From Octopus vulgaris (Eukaryota), in contig OX597821.1 in NCBI GenBank assembly GCA_951406725.2, positions 106,826,001 to 106,890,000 on the forward strand: a stretch of DNA of 64,000 nt, given 5' to 3'. The notes beneath the pieces were generated by a model that was given only the letters and a program-made list of their open reading frames with translations, had not been told where the DNA came from and did not search any database. How positions within the stretch are numbered: position 1 is the stretch's first letter; each line of letters starts with the position of its first letter. This document shows, piece by piece, positions 28,241-44,100 of this stretch. The position numbers were made by a program, and so were the translations under genes.

Positions 28241-29190
28241 TGATTTATTCAAATGAACTCCACACCAGAACAACAGTATCAAATATATGAAGCACCCTAT
28301 CATCACCATTGCTAAATATAGGTGTTGGCTGATTTTAATACTTGGTGAGTCATTTATTATTACGTAAGTTGCAACGCAACTGCTAAGAATGGAAGAAAGT
28401 ACGATAAATCCTGATGTTAGTTGTAAAGATTCATTTACAAATTTCAATTTCCTACTCATAATATTATGAGCGTCACATATTTCTGTGATATCTTTGTGCT
28501 TCTTGATGAAATTTGAATGGTCGGATTGCTTCTCCGTTACAAATCGTTCAGCCTTGTTTGCCAACTTGTTGAACTCATAGCTGAGTGTAAATCCGATTAA
28601 CAAGTCTACGTATAGATCAACTATCAAACAGACAGAGGAAATGCAATTAAATGTAGCTTGTATTGTTAAAAAGGAAAATTTGAAGATATAGTTTGATATC
28701 GGATATGTAAAATATTCCAACATGTCTTTACTAAAGCATGGCAACACGAAATCTATAAATATGTTAGAAGAGATCGTTACGCATATAAATGCATAAAATA
28801 CCGTAAATTAATATAAAAGAATTAACTTGCGGCATTTTCTACCTTCATTTTCAAGTTTGATTTCGGCAAATTCTTCAGTCAGTAGCTTGAATTTAGATAG
28901 GTTGAAGATTTTTAATAAGTAAAGATATAAATACAAACTCTGAAAATGAATATGTAACTGTACACAAACAGTTCATTAGTATTCCTTTTTTTACATTGTG
29001 CTAAAGTAACAATGTGACGAATAGGGTTTATAATCACATACGTACAGAACAGAATATAAAATGCTTGCAAATAAACTGTTTTAGATTTTGGTGATTTCAA
29101 TGATGAAACAGTCGTACTCGATTGGCTAACGTGATCAAATTTCTGATATAATTCCAGCAGTTTAAACATCTGAGTTTATTTCACTTGCAT
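28241..29190 (-). pseudogene. GR-like first exon type A, copy 2; premature stops and a 1-nt deletion
   Basis: ATG CAA GTG AAA TAA puts a stop at codon 5. There is a 1-nt deletion near 28,915 and a second TAA near 28,810. Donor GTGAGT at 28,240 is retained; 950 nt. Confidence 0.88.
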
Positions 29191-32100
29191 AATTCTTCAA
29201 ATTTTATCTCCTTCAAAGTTTGTTTATGGTAAACAACACATTTTAAGTAGTTCTTGATAGGTGCGATGCAGTTTTATATTCCCTTGTAAACTTATTTGCC
29301 AATCTACGCATCTATTAAAGATTGGGCAGTATAACTTAATTTACTAGGAACAACGAATTAGTAGCCAAGCAGAGAGATAGAGTTTTTACTAATTTCTTCC
29401 ATATATTTTGTCAATATCAAGTTCAAATGATGTAGGATGGTCTAACTCTAATTAATATTAGTGGTGACTCTGTCAGAGAAATCGAACTAGAAATGCTTAT
29501 ATATCCTTATAGAGAATATTGCTTGATTTCAATCATCCTATAACAAATTAATTCACTGATTAATTAATTGATACGGTGCTTTTGTATTAAGAGAATGCAT
29601 TTGATTTCTTTTCTTTCACATATCAAGCATATGTATTAATTCAAAATATATTGTGAACCTCTCTCTCTTTGTGTGTGTATACATATAAATACATATATAT
29701 ATATATATATCCATACACACACACACATGCATATATATATATATAGTACCCTATATCCAGCAATATATCGACATGTCTATCTACATCTCTCAGTCTCTCT
29801 GTCTCTGTCTCTCTCTGTCTCTCTCTGTCTCTCAGTCTCTTTCTCTCTCTCCCTATATATATATCAGACAATTATAGAGGTTTTCCATTAATACAAAAGT
29901 TTTCATATCAAGTAGCAACATTATAGAGAAGGTAGATACATAGACAAAGATGTGGATTTAAATTTTAAGAAAATTTGAGGTAGTGGAGCCCATCAACTGA
30001 CAGACTAAGATTCTGTAGTTCCAGACTACTGTAAGGTTCAGAGAGGAAAGAATAAGTGGAAGGAGACAATAAAGATTTACTAATTATAGAAATGAGGTAA
30101 AAGGGGATTTCAGAGCTCCATATAAGGAATTTATGTAGAAGACAGCATTGTCACTACTAAATGCCAATTACTACAATTTGATGAACAGATTCGCCGCGCG
30201 CACATACACTCATAAGACAATGATAAAAAGAAATCTAGACAATTTTTGTAAGATAATATTTACCCCGCTTGGAGTGGCCACGTGGGTTTGCCATTTCTAA
30301 AAGCCAAGAATGGTTTCCTACTGAAAGAACTCACCAACTGCTAAGATGTCTACAGATTTTTGTCTTCTTTCTTTCTTCCGTTTTCCGTTCCTTCTCTTTT
30401 CCATTGACACTCTTTCCGATGCAAAAGGACACATACACACCCGCACTCTCTCTCACTTTCTCCCCATTCCTCACCCTCTTGTACTATCTTATATCTCTCT
30501 CCACCCCTACACACTCAATAATACTATAAACAGCGACAAATTTCCTAAAAAAGTTCAATCTGAAGACTCCACTAGAGTGGACGCAAGCGCTAATATATGA
30601 TTTATAAAAACATGTTTCATATTAATAAATATCTGTAAATATAAAACCATCTAGATTTCTGAGTACCTTATTTCTTTTAACATATATATAGAAAATTTGA
30701 ACATTACTATATTACAAAAAAAACAATAATCATCAGAGGAAACGTAATTTTCATCAGATGCTGAAAGTTATAGAATATCTCAAGAATACGGCAGAGATCT
30801 GACTGAAGTCTGTCAAGGCCAATTATGAAATGGAAGGATGAGCCACCAAGTTGGACGTTGAGGTTGAGAATATAATTCGTGAATATGTGTAACATGATAT
30901 ATAAGGTCAGCAACCCGGGTGAGATAGGGGTCTGCTAGACTGGTTCCTGGAAAAGCGTGAAGAAAAGTGAAAACGTACAAGCCAGCTAAGCATAGGGCCG
31001 AGTTTAGGGTTCACTAACTAAGTTTAAAGCACAAAGATAGGAGAGCAGAGATACAGAGAATTTAGGGATGTTCTGTGAATATCGGTTGAAATCTTGGGGA
31101 GGGTACAAAGACAGTCAAATAATATGATCTAACTTTTATGGAATTGCAGTGTTAAGATGTATTGTGTTGTATATGGGTTAGTTAGGACCACTTATAATAT
31201 TAGGACATGTTTGCCTGGAGAGAGTAAAGCTGCTAGTAATAGCTGAGTACTATTTATCATTGAGGAGTACTAGTTATCAATGTGGAGTTTAAAGTGGATG
31301 GGTGTCATATAATAAACTAAACCTGGTAAGGTGTTATAGGAAATGCCAAGTCGGAAATCAAAGAAAGCAGTAGGGAGTTGTCTAATGATTCACAATAGGG
31401 AATGTTATACAAATTCCGTAGATATTATTTAATTAGATAATATAATCACCAATGTGTAAATCACACAAAGCAACTCTGATAAATAGTCGTAATAGGTGTG
31501 GATAGTGTGTTGTATTTATTAGTTGACAAGCGCAGCACACATAACTGTGTCTTGGTATAAGGATTACATACCTAGTGGAATTGGAAAAGAAATGACTAGA
31601 GTGTGCAGGTTGCTACTTCTAGGTTAGATATCTTTGCTATGGTTATTGCATAATACAAGGTACATAATACAAGGTACAATGCTTCGTTCTTTCGAAAGCG
31701 GCGAACTTGCATAAACGGTAGCACGCCGGGCGAAATTCTTAGCAGTATTTCTTCTGCCGCTACGTTCAAATTCCGCCGAGGTCGATTTTGCTTTTCATCC
31801 TTTCGGGGTGGATTAAATAAGTACCAGTTACGCACTGGGGTCGATATAATCGACTTAATCCGTGTGTCTGTCCTTGTTTGTCCCCACTGTGTTTAGCCCC
31901 TTGTGTGTAGTAAAGAAATAGGTTAGTTCATTCGATATAGCGTACTATGCAAGTATAGTAAGTGTGGTTAGAAAGTAATGGTAAAATGACTGTATCCTCT
32001 TTTCCTTTGGTATTTTGTCCATCTTCCTTCCTAAAATTGACTTCTTTGAAAGGTCACCAGCCCTTTTAAGAAAATGTGTTTATTTACAAACATGTTGATA

Positions 32101-32316
32101 GGTGTACAATGGAAAGAAAATAGAAAGGAGAATGAAAAATATGCTTTGTAATGAAATTTCAATGAATTGTCCACATCAAATTGAAAACAAATCTCTATCT
32201 ATCTAACTATCAATCTGTCTCTCTGTCTGTCTAATTATTTATCTATCTAACTACATATCTATCCATCCTTTCCTCCATTGTATATTATTTTTCTCCTCTT
32301 ACAGGATAGTCCTGAA

Positions 32317-32370
<54 letters not shown>

Positions 32371-33653
32371 TTCCCTCCCTTTGGATTTCCGCCTTTCACA
32401 AAATCGCCTAAATTTTATACTTGTATAAATATTAGATACGTAAAATCCATGAACTATAATTAATACTTGCATAGTCTACAAGATGATTTGTACAGTACAA
32501 AAGCATATTACGCGTATATGTTTTTATAATTGTATTTATAATTCTCACCTTAAAAGTTATTTTTTCATATTGTGGCCATTGATAAATTTTCTGATAATAT
32601 ACGCATACATACACATATATACATATGCAAACACACACATACATACGTACATGCATGCATGTATAGGCACACACACACACTCACATACAAACACACACTG
32701 ACCCACACACATGCGCACACACAATCAAAACGGAAAGCAGTGTAAATAGCGGACAGAGTCAACACTATTGAAAAGTTTGCAAGACGGAAAGAAAATTTTA
32801 GAAACTTAAAACTAAGAAAAATGTGGGTATTTTACAGGTGAGTGTGTTATATTATAAGGCACAAAAAGAAAATGACTCTCCCCAGACACAACAGAATTTA
32901 TGTTTATATTAGCAGTAGATTCGGCCTGATCGTTTAGCCAGCGGGGTCGCCTCGTTTATGGCTAAAACAATGCGAAGCGCATTGTGACCAGCTATGTGTA
33001 GCAACATCTGCTAGCCTGGTCGATCCCGTAATCACAGTGATGTTAGAAGTAAATTAATTCTCATTCGGTGCTAACTATATTTTTATCAATTTCTGTTAGC
33101 TTGCTTTCCTTCTTTCAATACGTGGTGCAATATTACAGGTGAATATATATTATTTGGTCAGACGATTTAGCGTCTTTTTTCAGCATGTTGGAAACATTTT
33201 TTTTTCCTTTGCCCCTATTTACATATATATATATATACCTACTTATATATATACCCTATATTATTAGTAGTAGACTTATTACTGCTTGCTATAGGGACTT
33301 GTAAACATTGCAATCTGTAGCGGCGAAAAGGCAACATGTTGTTCTGAGACTGAACAAAGAATTTTTATTTTTAGATATAGCTAAGGTACTTATATGTACA
33401 TATGTTCTTTGCTTCGGGTTTTTCCAAGGCGCATGTAAGTATTCTACTTATATTCTCTCGTAAGCTCTAACGATGAAGAACAAATCCTTTATGAGATTAA
33501 TTCCGGAATTGATTCAATATAGAGATAACGAAATTTAAATATTCTAATGGTTAGTTGCCCGACTTCAGTTCTATTTTTCTGTAGCAAGTAAATTATATGT
33601 GGCAAATCAGTATATTGGCTTTGGAATAATCTTCTTTAGACCTTGCTTATGAG

Positions 33654-33771
<118 letters not shown>

Positions 33772-33841
33772 AGGGATAAAATTTTGGGGAAAAATCAGTA
33801 TATTGGCTTTGGAATAATCTTGTTTAGCCCTTGCTTATAAG

Positions 33842-33899
<58 letters not shown>

Positions 33900-35155
33900 T
33901 ATAGGATAAAATTTTGGGGAAAAAATTCTATCTTTGGCCAGCATATTAAAAGATACTTTAAAGGTTAAATTTATAAACAGCATATAAACAAGGGCAAAAG
34001 AAAAGAATTCTAATGCCAAATATGCCGAAAATGGACAAATCGTCAATAACCATATAATTCAGCACTATACGCACGCGTCTCGAAGTAAACCGACAGACAT
34101 TTCTAAAAAAATTCCGTTATTATCTTATGGGCACCGATTCCAGATGTAATTCATACGAATTTTCTCCTCGTCAGTGATAAATACGATAGGAAATAAATGA
34201 AATACTTACATATACCCACGGAAGAAGCAAACACTAAGTCATGAGCACAATTAAGTACCCCAAATATAGCCAAAATAGAAATTTTTCAGCATACATCGAA
34301 ACACGTGCGATCGGACTGAAAACTCACGTAGAGTGAGAGAGTCCGGTAGTGAACACTATAAAATTTACCTCTAATATAGGATGAAATTCTTTGGAAAGAA
34401 TTCTATCAATGGCCAGCATATTAAAAAATATCTTTAAAGGTTAAATTTATAAACAAATTATAAACAAGGGTAAAAGATAAAAATTCTTATGCCAAATATG
34501 CCGAAAATAGACAAATCGTCAATAACCATATAATACATAACGGCCACGATTTCAGAGTTAATTCATAAGAATTTTTTCCTCGAGAATAAATATGAATTGT
34601 TTATAAATTTAACCTTTAAAGGTATTTTTTAATACGCTGGCCATTGATAGAATCTTTTTCGGCATATTAAAAGAACCATTATGGGTAAACTTAAACAGTA
34701 ATATTTATAATTATGCGTATAATTATAATTAGGGTTCAGCAAAAAAATTTACCTCAACACATACCGAAATTTAGAAATAGCATCCAAGTAAACTAGGTTT
34801 GGTAGAGAAATAGCTAGTTTTCTTGGCTGCTATTTCTAAATTTCGGTATGTGGTGAAGCAAATTAAGGGCAATTCCTTTCGAGTGAATTCAGATTAATCA
34901 TCTAAAGTTTGGTAACAGTCGAATTGTAATAAAGCCTGTTATACTCCCACTTGTCACATTCTCCAGTTCTAGGAGGATCTCTGAAAATAATTTTCTACTT
35001 ACGATTACATAGTCACTTGACTAATAACCGAACACTTACTATCAGCCACTAAGATATACAACTTATAATCAACAACCCTGTTTGATTTCGTTGGTTTCCT
35101 AAAAATACAAATATTAGACAGAACTGATATCAAATAAATATCATATAAAACTTAC

Positions 35156-36107
35156 CGATTTATTTAAACGAATTCCACTCCAAATCATTATGATCTCATA
35201 CATCAGCTAATATGATGCGGTAGATATTAAGTAAATAAAATTATGTAATTTATTTTCGTATGATTCATTTATAATTCCGTAAGTTGCAATACAACATCCT
35301 ATAACACTGCTAAATACGACATATGCTGTGGAAAGACGTAATGATTCATTGAGTAATTTCAGCATTCTACTCAAAGTATCATGAGTTTTACATATTTCTG
35401 TAATCTCTATCTCTCTCTTGAAGAAAATAAACTTCTCTGATTGCTGTTCCTTTACATAGCGTTGAATATCACTCGTCACTTTGTTAAACTCATAATCCAG
35501 TGTGCTTCCGATCATTAGATTTACGTAAAAGTCAAGTTGCAGGGAAGCGAGTGACATGCAGTTAAATGCAACATATAGTGCGAAATATAGAAGGTGATAA
35601 GTATTGTTGATTGGTACAGGAAATAGAATGAAACTCATCAAATCATGATCGGACTCTGTAAAAATATAATCTTGAATCATGAAAGCAGTTAACGGGAACA
35701 ATATAAAAAAGCATAGTGATTTATATGAAAAGAATATATTAGAATTATAGAATTTACTATCATCTTCTTCAATTTTAAGTTCGGTGAATGTTTCAAGTAG
35801 TTGTGTGTCGTTCGGTTTTTCGAAGAGTTTCATCAGACCATACATTGTTAAAATAGCTCTGGTAAATTATCGTGTAAATATAAAAAAGTGTTTCCGTAGT
35901 TGATCTATTTTTCATTTGTATTGCACTAATGGTATTCAAAATTGGAGCTACAGTCAAATGTAAGCAGTACACAGCGTAACAACTATAGAAAAATATTGAG
36001 ATAAATTTGTGAGATTTTAATGACGTTGTATTCGCAAACGATTTCCAAATATTTATTTTACGATAAAATTTCAGCAATTTAAAGATTTGTGTTTCATTTG
36101 ATTTCAT
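35156..36107 (-). pseudogene. GR-like first exon type B, copy 2; +1 frameshift and premature TAG
   Basis: 952 nt. The frame breaks near 35,850-35,862. TAG at 35,207-35,209 where copy 1 has TAT. Donor GTAAGT at 35,155 is retained. Confidence 0.88.
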
Positions 36108-36625
36108 GCTTATTCTAATTTTGTGACATCCAGAAAATTCTTCCCATTTAGCAAACGAAATCCTTAGAATAGAAGAAGCAGGTTTTATATCTTAATGAGT
36201 TTAATAATCCTTGTATGTGGAATTATAATATAAATTATTAAAATCCAGGTATACAAAATAGACAGATGCTTGATATTAATTTTGATATTTCATTTAGATA
36301 AAATTTCACTAGAGAAAATATGTCTGCAATTAATTTCGGGGGAATCACTAAGATTCTAATATATATGTGCTCCCATGGAGATGTTAGATTGTTATGGGGA
36401 AAAAAAAGTTGCATATAATTTGCCACACAATATATTTTCTATTCAAAAGGAAATAGATTTGATTAACTTCAGTAAGAAGCATTGACTGTCGACTGCATAC
36501 ACCGGTACAGTTGCTTGTATGAATAAATTTTTAATCTATGAAAAAAGCTATTAGTCCTTATATTCGATAAATATACGTCTGTATATGTTGTTTTGCTAGT
36601 GTTACCTGCATGTATATACATATAA

Positions 36626-36682
<57 letters not shown>

Positions 36683-36685
<3 letters not shown>

Positions 36686-39650
36686 AAAGCAATTAAGATT
36701 AAAGTCAGTTCTATTGAATTCACTTGAATGCGGTACTTAACTTAGATGCACCAGAAAACTATATGGTATTAACTATACAATAATGTGGGGGGATTATAAA
36801 CGAGAAAAAAGCAACAATAATGGACTAGTTTTTCAGTACAATTGTTTCATACAAAAACAAGCTTTATTAAAAGCTGCAAATAGTGCAGCAAATACAAGTG
36901 TCCCGTACTCATCAGCCAAAACACATATGAGTTCTCCAAGCATCATAGTGGGTGAGGCTACACTCATGAAGTATCGGAGATAGTTCTATAAAATGCAAAT
37001 TTTGGTTGTAAGCAGACTCCCAAAGTTCTCTAATGATGATGCACAGTCTTATAACAGGTTTTAAAAAAGTTTGTTAGCTTCACAGAGAAGGTGAATCAAT
37101 CCATAATGTAGGTGCAAATTACCGGAGATATGAGGAGATATTTCATACTCACAGACGATGAATCTATCCCTGATTAATCCACAATAAGGTGGGTATGATT
37201 TCCTGCTATATGATAAGATACTTGTCACACATCTGTTCATTTCACAAAACTGCTATGTTAGAATTATAAAGGCTGAAGAATTTTGTGGAGCAAAGAAAAG
37301 AAAAAGAAAAAGAAAAACCGCCCACATAGAGCATACTGGTATAACTGAGAGGGAAGAGGTCGCAGGTACCCATCTACACAGAAAAGTCTCTTTCTGTGGA
37401 GACAGACAGTCTGGCTTAGAATTTGCAGGAATCTAAGAATTATAAAGGAGAACATTATTTTTGACCAGTATACAGCTTCTAATTGCCAATCCGACGGAGC
37501 TAAAGCAGATATAAGAATTTAAAGAGAACAAGGGAAGGGATAAAGGGGTCAAAGGCTATCATAAGAGGAAAATACATTAAGAGAAATAAGTGCAATACTA
37601 GAAGGAGGTCATTTAATTAATTTATTTATTATTGTTACTGTTTATATTATTGTTACTGTTTATACAATGACAGACTGTAGGTCTATACCTAGAGGTCATT
37701 TACAAGGTGTGAGAGAATTGCTTATCATATTGAAATTTCTTATACTACTTTTAAGGGAGTTGCATTACTTATTTAACTTTATAATAGAATTATGAAGTAT
37801 TAGTAACTTATTTGATTTAAGTTGTGTTACCTAAATTAGATTAAAATTAGATTAAATTAAATTAAATTAACTATATAGTCAATTAAACTTTTTTAGGCAA
37901 CGCACAAATACTATTTATTCCTTTATGTTCAAAATCAGGTGCAGTTAGAAAGAAAGAAATAACCATGGTGTAAGAGCTCGCAGTTATTTATTAAAAAAAA
38001 TATTAGAGTTTTGTTTTACTAGTAAAAGCAAGATAGATCTATCTCCATACGATTATCCTATACGGTTTTTATTTAAAATATTTTAGAGTCTTCATTTTAG
38101 CGTGAATAAAAGATTGACCCAGTTCTATATGGTTATTTAACAAATTCCTATTTTTCCTATGCATTAGAATTTCATACGTCTCCATGGAGCAGAGTTGGCA
38201 ACCAACCCTGTTATTTTTATAAGGCATTGCTCTTCTTACTATTTCCCAATCAAGGTTATATTTAATATTATTATTTTTGAGTTCCCAGATCTTACTTGAA
38301 AATGTGGTGGTACCAGCTTTATGACGTAACTTAAAAGAGGAGATATGATTGCTAACTCTTTTCCTAAAATTTATAGTACAACCTAAATAAAGAAATTTGC
38401 TATCCTCAGTAGTTATGGTACATTTATAGATTACGTTACTTACCCCGCACAGACAAGGTGCCGGGAATTTTGACCTAATTCTACAATTACACGTAGGGGG
38501 ATCATCTTCAGATGTTGGATTATTTATGGATAGATGTCTCATGTTCTTGCTATTCTGATTATCATGAGTATATTTATCGTTATTATTATTATTATTATAG
38601 TTAATGTTGCTATCTAAAGCAGTGTTATCATTTATCGATCCTTTTACACTATCATTTAGTTCTAATGTCCTACCATGATTACTTACATTATTGGTATTGT
38701 TACTATTATTGCTAGTATTTGTATCCGAATGTATATTGTTGTTATAGATATCAATGATGTCTTCATTCCCTGTATTTTCTCTATTAGCATTACTCCTATC
38801 ATTAACATTATTACTCCTATTAATATTAATATTATTATTAGTTTTTGATTCTACCTATGTTTTGATAGTCACTATTGTTGCGTATATTGCTTTTATTTTT
38901 GATAGTATTATTACAATTGTTATTGGTATTCATATTGGTATTATTTTTATCTTTCCTGGCTAGCTTAATGTTATTATTATTAATCTTAGCTATTAAAGTG
39001 GACATATTTGGGAGGGTTGAATAAGAAATCCTAACCGTTTTTTTAGAAATAATTCTATGATATCTATGAGAGGCTGGGAAATTTTTTCTAGAATTACTTT
39101 GAATTTGCTTTGTATATCCGATAGAATCGCACAGTTGAAAGCAATATTCAGCCAGATTATATCTTTCTTATTAAATTTCCTTGAATTAGAATTAGGGCTA
39201 GTTGAATTATTACTAATCTCACCAGAGTCATTGTATTTATTACTATTATTTGTATGCTTCTTTGATTTATCAAATTTGATTTTATCCGAGTTACCTATGC
39301 TTTGGTCTATGTTTTTATTTGTATGACTAGGCTTGTACGCTAGATTTGCAGTTACCGTTAATCTATTTCTACTTTTATTTCGGGTGTGGTCTATATTGTT
39401 GTTTACGTGGTTACTGATATCTTCTTTATTAGGAATATATAAGCTCCCCTTATCAATAAAGGTAATCTTTTGGATGTATCCTGCCTTAGATAACGCCGCA
39501 TTATAATGCTCAGAATGAGAGTTAAATATATCATTATTGGATGATAATTTCGAGATTCTTAAGGAAATATTTCCGACTAAAGATTTAATTATATTTGGGG
39601 GATGATTGGATAATTTATTTACGTATCTCGTGATACTTTATCTAAGACAG
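36683..39650 (-). mobile_element. 5'-truncated Penelope-like element (thumb, Asn-rich linker, GIY-YIG, long 3' region)
   Basis: ORF 38069..38542 reads CNCR..CLC..VIYKC..YLGCT..FRKR..NH..SF..WELK..W..C.LC..E..LLN. Upstream remnant SNHP..KSLVGNISLRISKLSS..HYNAALSKAGY at ~39,480-39,610. The left boundary is approximate. Confidence 0.8.
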
Positions 39651-39773
39651 GATACAACCAAAAGATTACCTTTCTCTCATAGAATATTTTCTTATCAAGC
39701 CATTTTATCACCTTTATTTATTTATATCTTTTTGTTAATGTATATATATATATATATTTATGTATGTATGTAC

Positions 39774-39818
<45 letters not shown>

Positions 39819-40939
39819 GGGGGGGGGAGATACACCGGGATGTAGAAGGCTGGTCTGAGATATATTGAATAAATTTGTCTAACGAACATTTGAATTTTAT
39901 GGGATCCGTTTCCGTTTTGACAATTTTGGTAAGGTATTAAAGGGAGCTGGACCGGTTGAGGAAAACTAATTGCTATGTGTACCGAGTTATATTTTTGTGG
40001 TGGGCGGATAGCAGAGTGCGAAAGTCTTTGAGGAATTTTAAAATGTATATGACAGAAATTGATATTTCTGTTATTCTCATTCGCTGGTCTCTCAACCCCT
40101 GTTATTATCTCCTTGTATTATTTGATAGTTATACTCATATCTTATACTTCTATTTATTATTCGTGTATTGTAAAATACTGTAAATATACTTCGGACTAAG
40201 TTGTATGTATGTTTCCCACATTTTCTGGCTCTATTTCGATATATTGATACATCTATATATGAGATAATGATATATTGATATGTTGATATGGAATTCTTCC
40301 TTTCTCTTATCCCAACCCACTGTATATCTTTCTACTAATCCACAATGTTAAACCTTTGTATATATTATACCAAATTTTACTTGCTTTAAAATATAAAACT
40401 ATTTCATATTAGTTACTTAATTTCATGTAATTTGCTACCTTACCAGTCTTTGTTTGAAATCCATCGCAGTATACAATACAATATGGAATATGAACTGTAT
40501 TTTTCTTCTTTTTATTTTGTTTATCAAAATCTTTATTTATTTATATTTATAATAAAATTACATTTTTTAATAATAAATATTGCATGTTGTCACGTAAACC
40601 ATAACTCAACCAAATTTAATGGTAAGTTTGAAATTTATATAGTTATATAAAAATTCTCTTATGGTATTATCCTCTCCCCCGCCATCTTGTTATTTTCCTC
40701 TCTAAAATAAATTTCTTCTCCCAGTATCGAAGCCAAACATAAGTTTAAAATCATCAGCTACAAGAACATCATCTCTGTGTGGCCTGAATTTAGTAGTAGC
40801 CACTGAGCTTACCAAGGTGTGTTATTTCTGAAGGGCCGTTGGCAAACTTCTTTGAATGTGTATATGGAGTGAGATGCAGATTCTTGTACTGTTAATGTGG
40901 TTAACGTTTTAAAGGGATTGACATTTTATTTCCTCGCTG

Positions 40940-40976
<37 letters not shown>

Positions 40977-41060
40977 TTAGAGACAAAACCACTATTTTGC
41001 AAAACAAACAAGGAAAGACTTAATTAATACATACAATTTTAATAAAAAGTCAAAAAACCG

Positions 41061-41103
41061 CCACTACAATTGTTTCTTGTCTTGATCGACAATCTTCAGG
41101 TGG
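41061..41103 (-). ncRNA. Minimal type I hammerhead ribozyme
   Basis: Minus strand: ccac-CTGAAGA-ttgtc gatcaa gacaa-GAAA-caattg-TA-gtgg. Confidence 0.85.
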
Positions 41104-44100
41104 ACTTCTAATCTAAAATATCAATATTTTAAAATATAAAAATAATAGTTTTAAAATAATTAAAGTATTAATGAAAAAATATAAATATATAATCCATTTA
41201 TAACCTATATATAATCCATATATAATCAATATATAAACAATATATAAACTAAAATAAACCTATCAACAATTAAATATAAAATATAAAATATAAAATATAA
41301 AATATAAAACAAAACAAAAAATAAACTATGTATACACCCATACACATATAACTAATTATATATAACCATATCTAAATACATACACTAAATCACACACCTA
41401 TATATATATATCCCTATACATACACATAAAAACGTCTAGGCAACGATAAATAAATAAAATAGCTAAATACTTCAACACAATACTTATTCATACTCCCTCA
41501 CACACACATACAACCCACATTCCCGCTCTAGAAACGGACATCACTTAAATTTATGAACGGAGAAATGGAATAAATGGAATTAAAAATTATATTCACTTGG
41601 TAAAACGAACACTACTTAAAAATTATGAATGAAATAATGCAATAAAACAACAGACATCGCAAATAGACACAAATTACTACGAATTCCTTAACAAAACTAC
41701 CATGATAAACCAAAACTCATAAAAACATATAATGATAAAATCTCCCTTTACTAAACTCTATAACATACCTATATAGCAATCCCCCTAACCTAAACATTCA
41801 CACACAAATACACACACGTAAACCACACACCCACGACATATACAAATACCCACCCCACTTACACATACCTATACATACATATAAACCTCAACATATACTC
41901 CAAAAACCCACTCAACCCCACACAGACAAATAAACACATACATCCCCAAACCTAAATAGCAAACCCATTGACACACAAATATACATACGTAAAACACACA
42001 CCATATACATATACATACTCACCAAACTCGATATATACAACAATATTAACACACCCACATTCATACAGATAAACAAACTACACAAACAAAATACGCACAC
42101 ACTCACACACAATCCCACATACATAAACACTCCAAAGAAAAACAACATTATTACACATAATACGATATATAAAATACATCGTAAGTAACCAGAATATCAA
42201 AAATAACAATATGACATAAGGAGAAATAATATACATACTTTCAAGTCAGTTTCAAATTATGAAGTGAAATTAAATTCTAATCCGTTAAAAACATCAAACC
42301 AAATTACGTTACCATAGGAACATAACTTATGTATAAAAAGAATACGCGCTATGGAAGCAAACCTCACTTAAAATTATGAATGGAGAAATAGAATAAATGG
42401 AATTAAAAATTATATACACGCGGTAAACCAACATTATTTAAAAAAATTATGAATGGATTCTTTTATAAAACTACCATGATAAACTAAAACTCACAAAAAC
42501 ATAAATGATAAAACCTCCCTTTACTAAACCCTATAACATACTTATATAGCAATCCCTTTAACCTATACATTCACACACAAATACACACACGTAAACCACA
42601 CACCCATAACAAATACAAACACCCACCCACTCACACACCCACAAGTACATATAAGCCTCAACATATACACCAAACAAAATTACGTTACCAAGGAACTTAA
42701 CATATGTATAAAAAGTATTCCCGCTCTGGAAACGAACATCTTTTAAAATTATGAATGGAGAAATGGAATAAATGGAATTAAAAATAATATTCACGTGGCA
42801 AAACGAACACCACTCAAAAATTATGAATGAAACAATGTAATAAAACAACAAACATCGTAAATAGACAAATTACCACGAATTCCCTAAAAAAAACCATGAT
42901 AAACCAAAACTCATAAACCATATAACGATAAAATCTCCCTTTGCTAAACTCTATAACAAACCTATATAACAATCCCCCTAACCTAAACATTCACACACAA
43001 ATACACACACGTAAACCACAGACCCACAACTTATACAAATACCCACCTCACTCACACATACCTATACTAACTTATAAACCTCAATATACACCAAAAACCC
43101 ACTCCCTCCCCACACAGACAAATTAACACATACATCCCCAAACCTATATAACAAACCCATATACACATTCACACACAAACACACACACACGCAAAACACA
43201 CACACACAACAGATACATATACTCCCTCACATATACGCATATACATACTCACTAAACTCGATATATACAACAATATTTATACACCCACACTCATCCAGAT
43301 AAATAAATTATACAACTAAAATATCGCACACACTCACACACAATCTCACATACATAAACACTCCAATAAAAACAACATTAAATACATCGTAATTAACCAG
43401 AATATCAAAAATAACAATATGACATAAGGAGAAATAAAATACATACTTACAAGTCAGTTTCAAATTATGAAGTGAAATTAAATTCTAAGCCGTTAAAAAA
43501 ATCAAACCAAAATTACGTTACCATAGAAAACATAACTTATGTATATAAAGAATACGCGCCATGGAAAGCAAACGTCATTTAAAATTATGAATGGAGAAAT
43601 AGAATAAATGGAACTAAAAACTATATTCACGTGGCAAACCAACACTACTTAAAAAAATTATTATGAATGGATTCTTTAATAAAACTACCATGATAAATTA
43701 TTATATGCATTATGAGCTTTAGCTCATCTTGGCAGCTCTAACAAACAATTTGCAGTAACCCACGTCTATTTTTGATGCCTGCCATTCCACTACACTATTC
43801 CATTCCCAATTCTAAGCAACGCTAGCCCACCACCCGGTTACAATTCCCAACTCCACCTATTCATTCACAATTTCAACGACGTTCGCCTCCACAGCGCTAC
43901 GTATAAGCCTCAATATATACACCGGTGATTCAATTCCACATCCGTGCGGATGGGTGAGAGTATGCATTGAGTGTAGTGATGGGGCTCCCTTTGCTATGCA
44001 CATTTGTACCTGTGTGGTAGTCTCCATGTGTATATTCACGCACGGGTATAAGTGCGGGGGGTATACGCGCACGGCATGTGCGTGTACCCCCTCACATGTA

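Noticed and set aside
35207-35209. Rescue of the premature TAG by A-to-I editing (UAG to Trp)
   Set aside because: The same exon also has a frameshift that editing cannot repair; no supporting evidence.
41500-43700. CRISPR-like repeat-spacer array
   Set aside because: Eukaryotic context; the modules are long, irregular and degenerate, and the spacers are themselves repeated.
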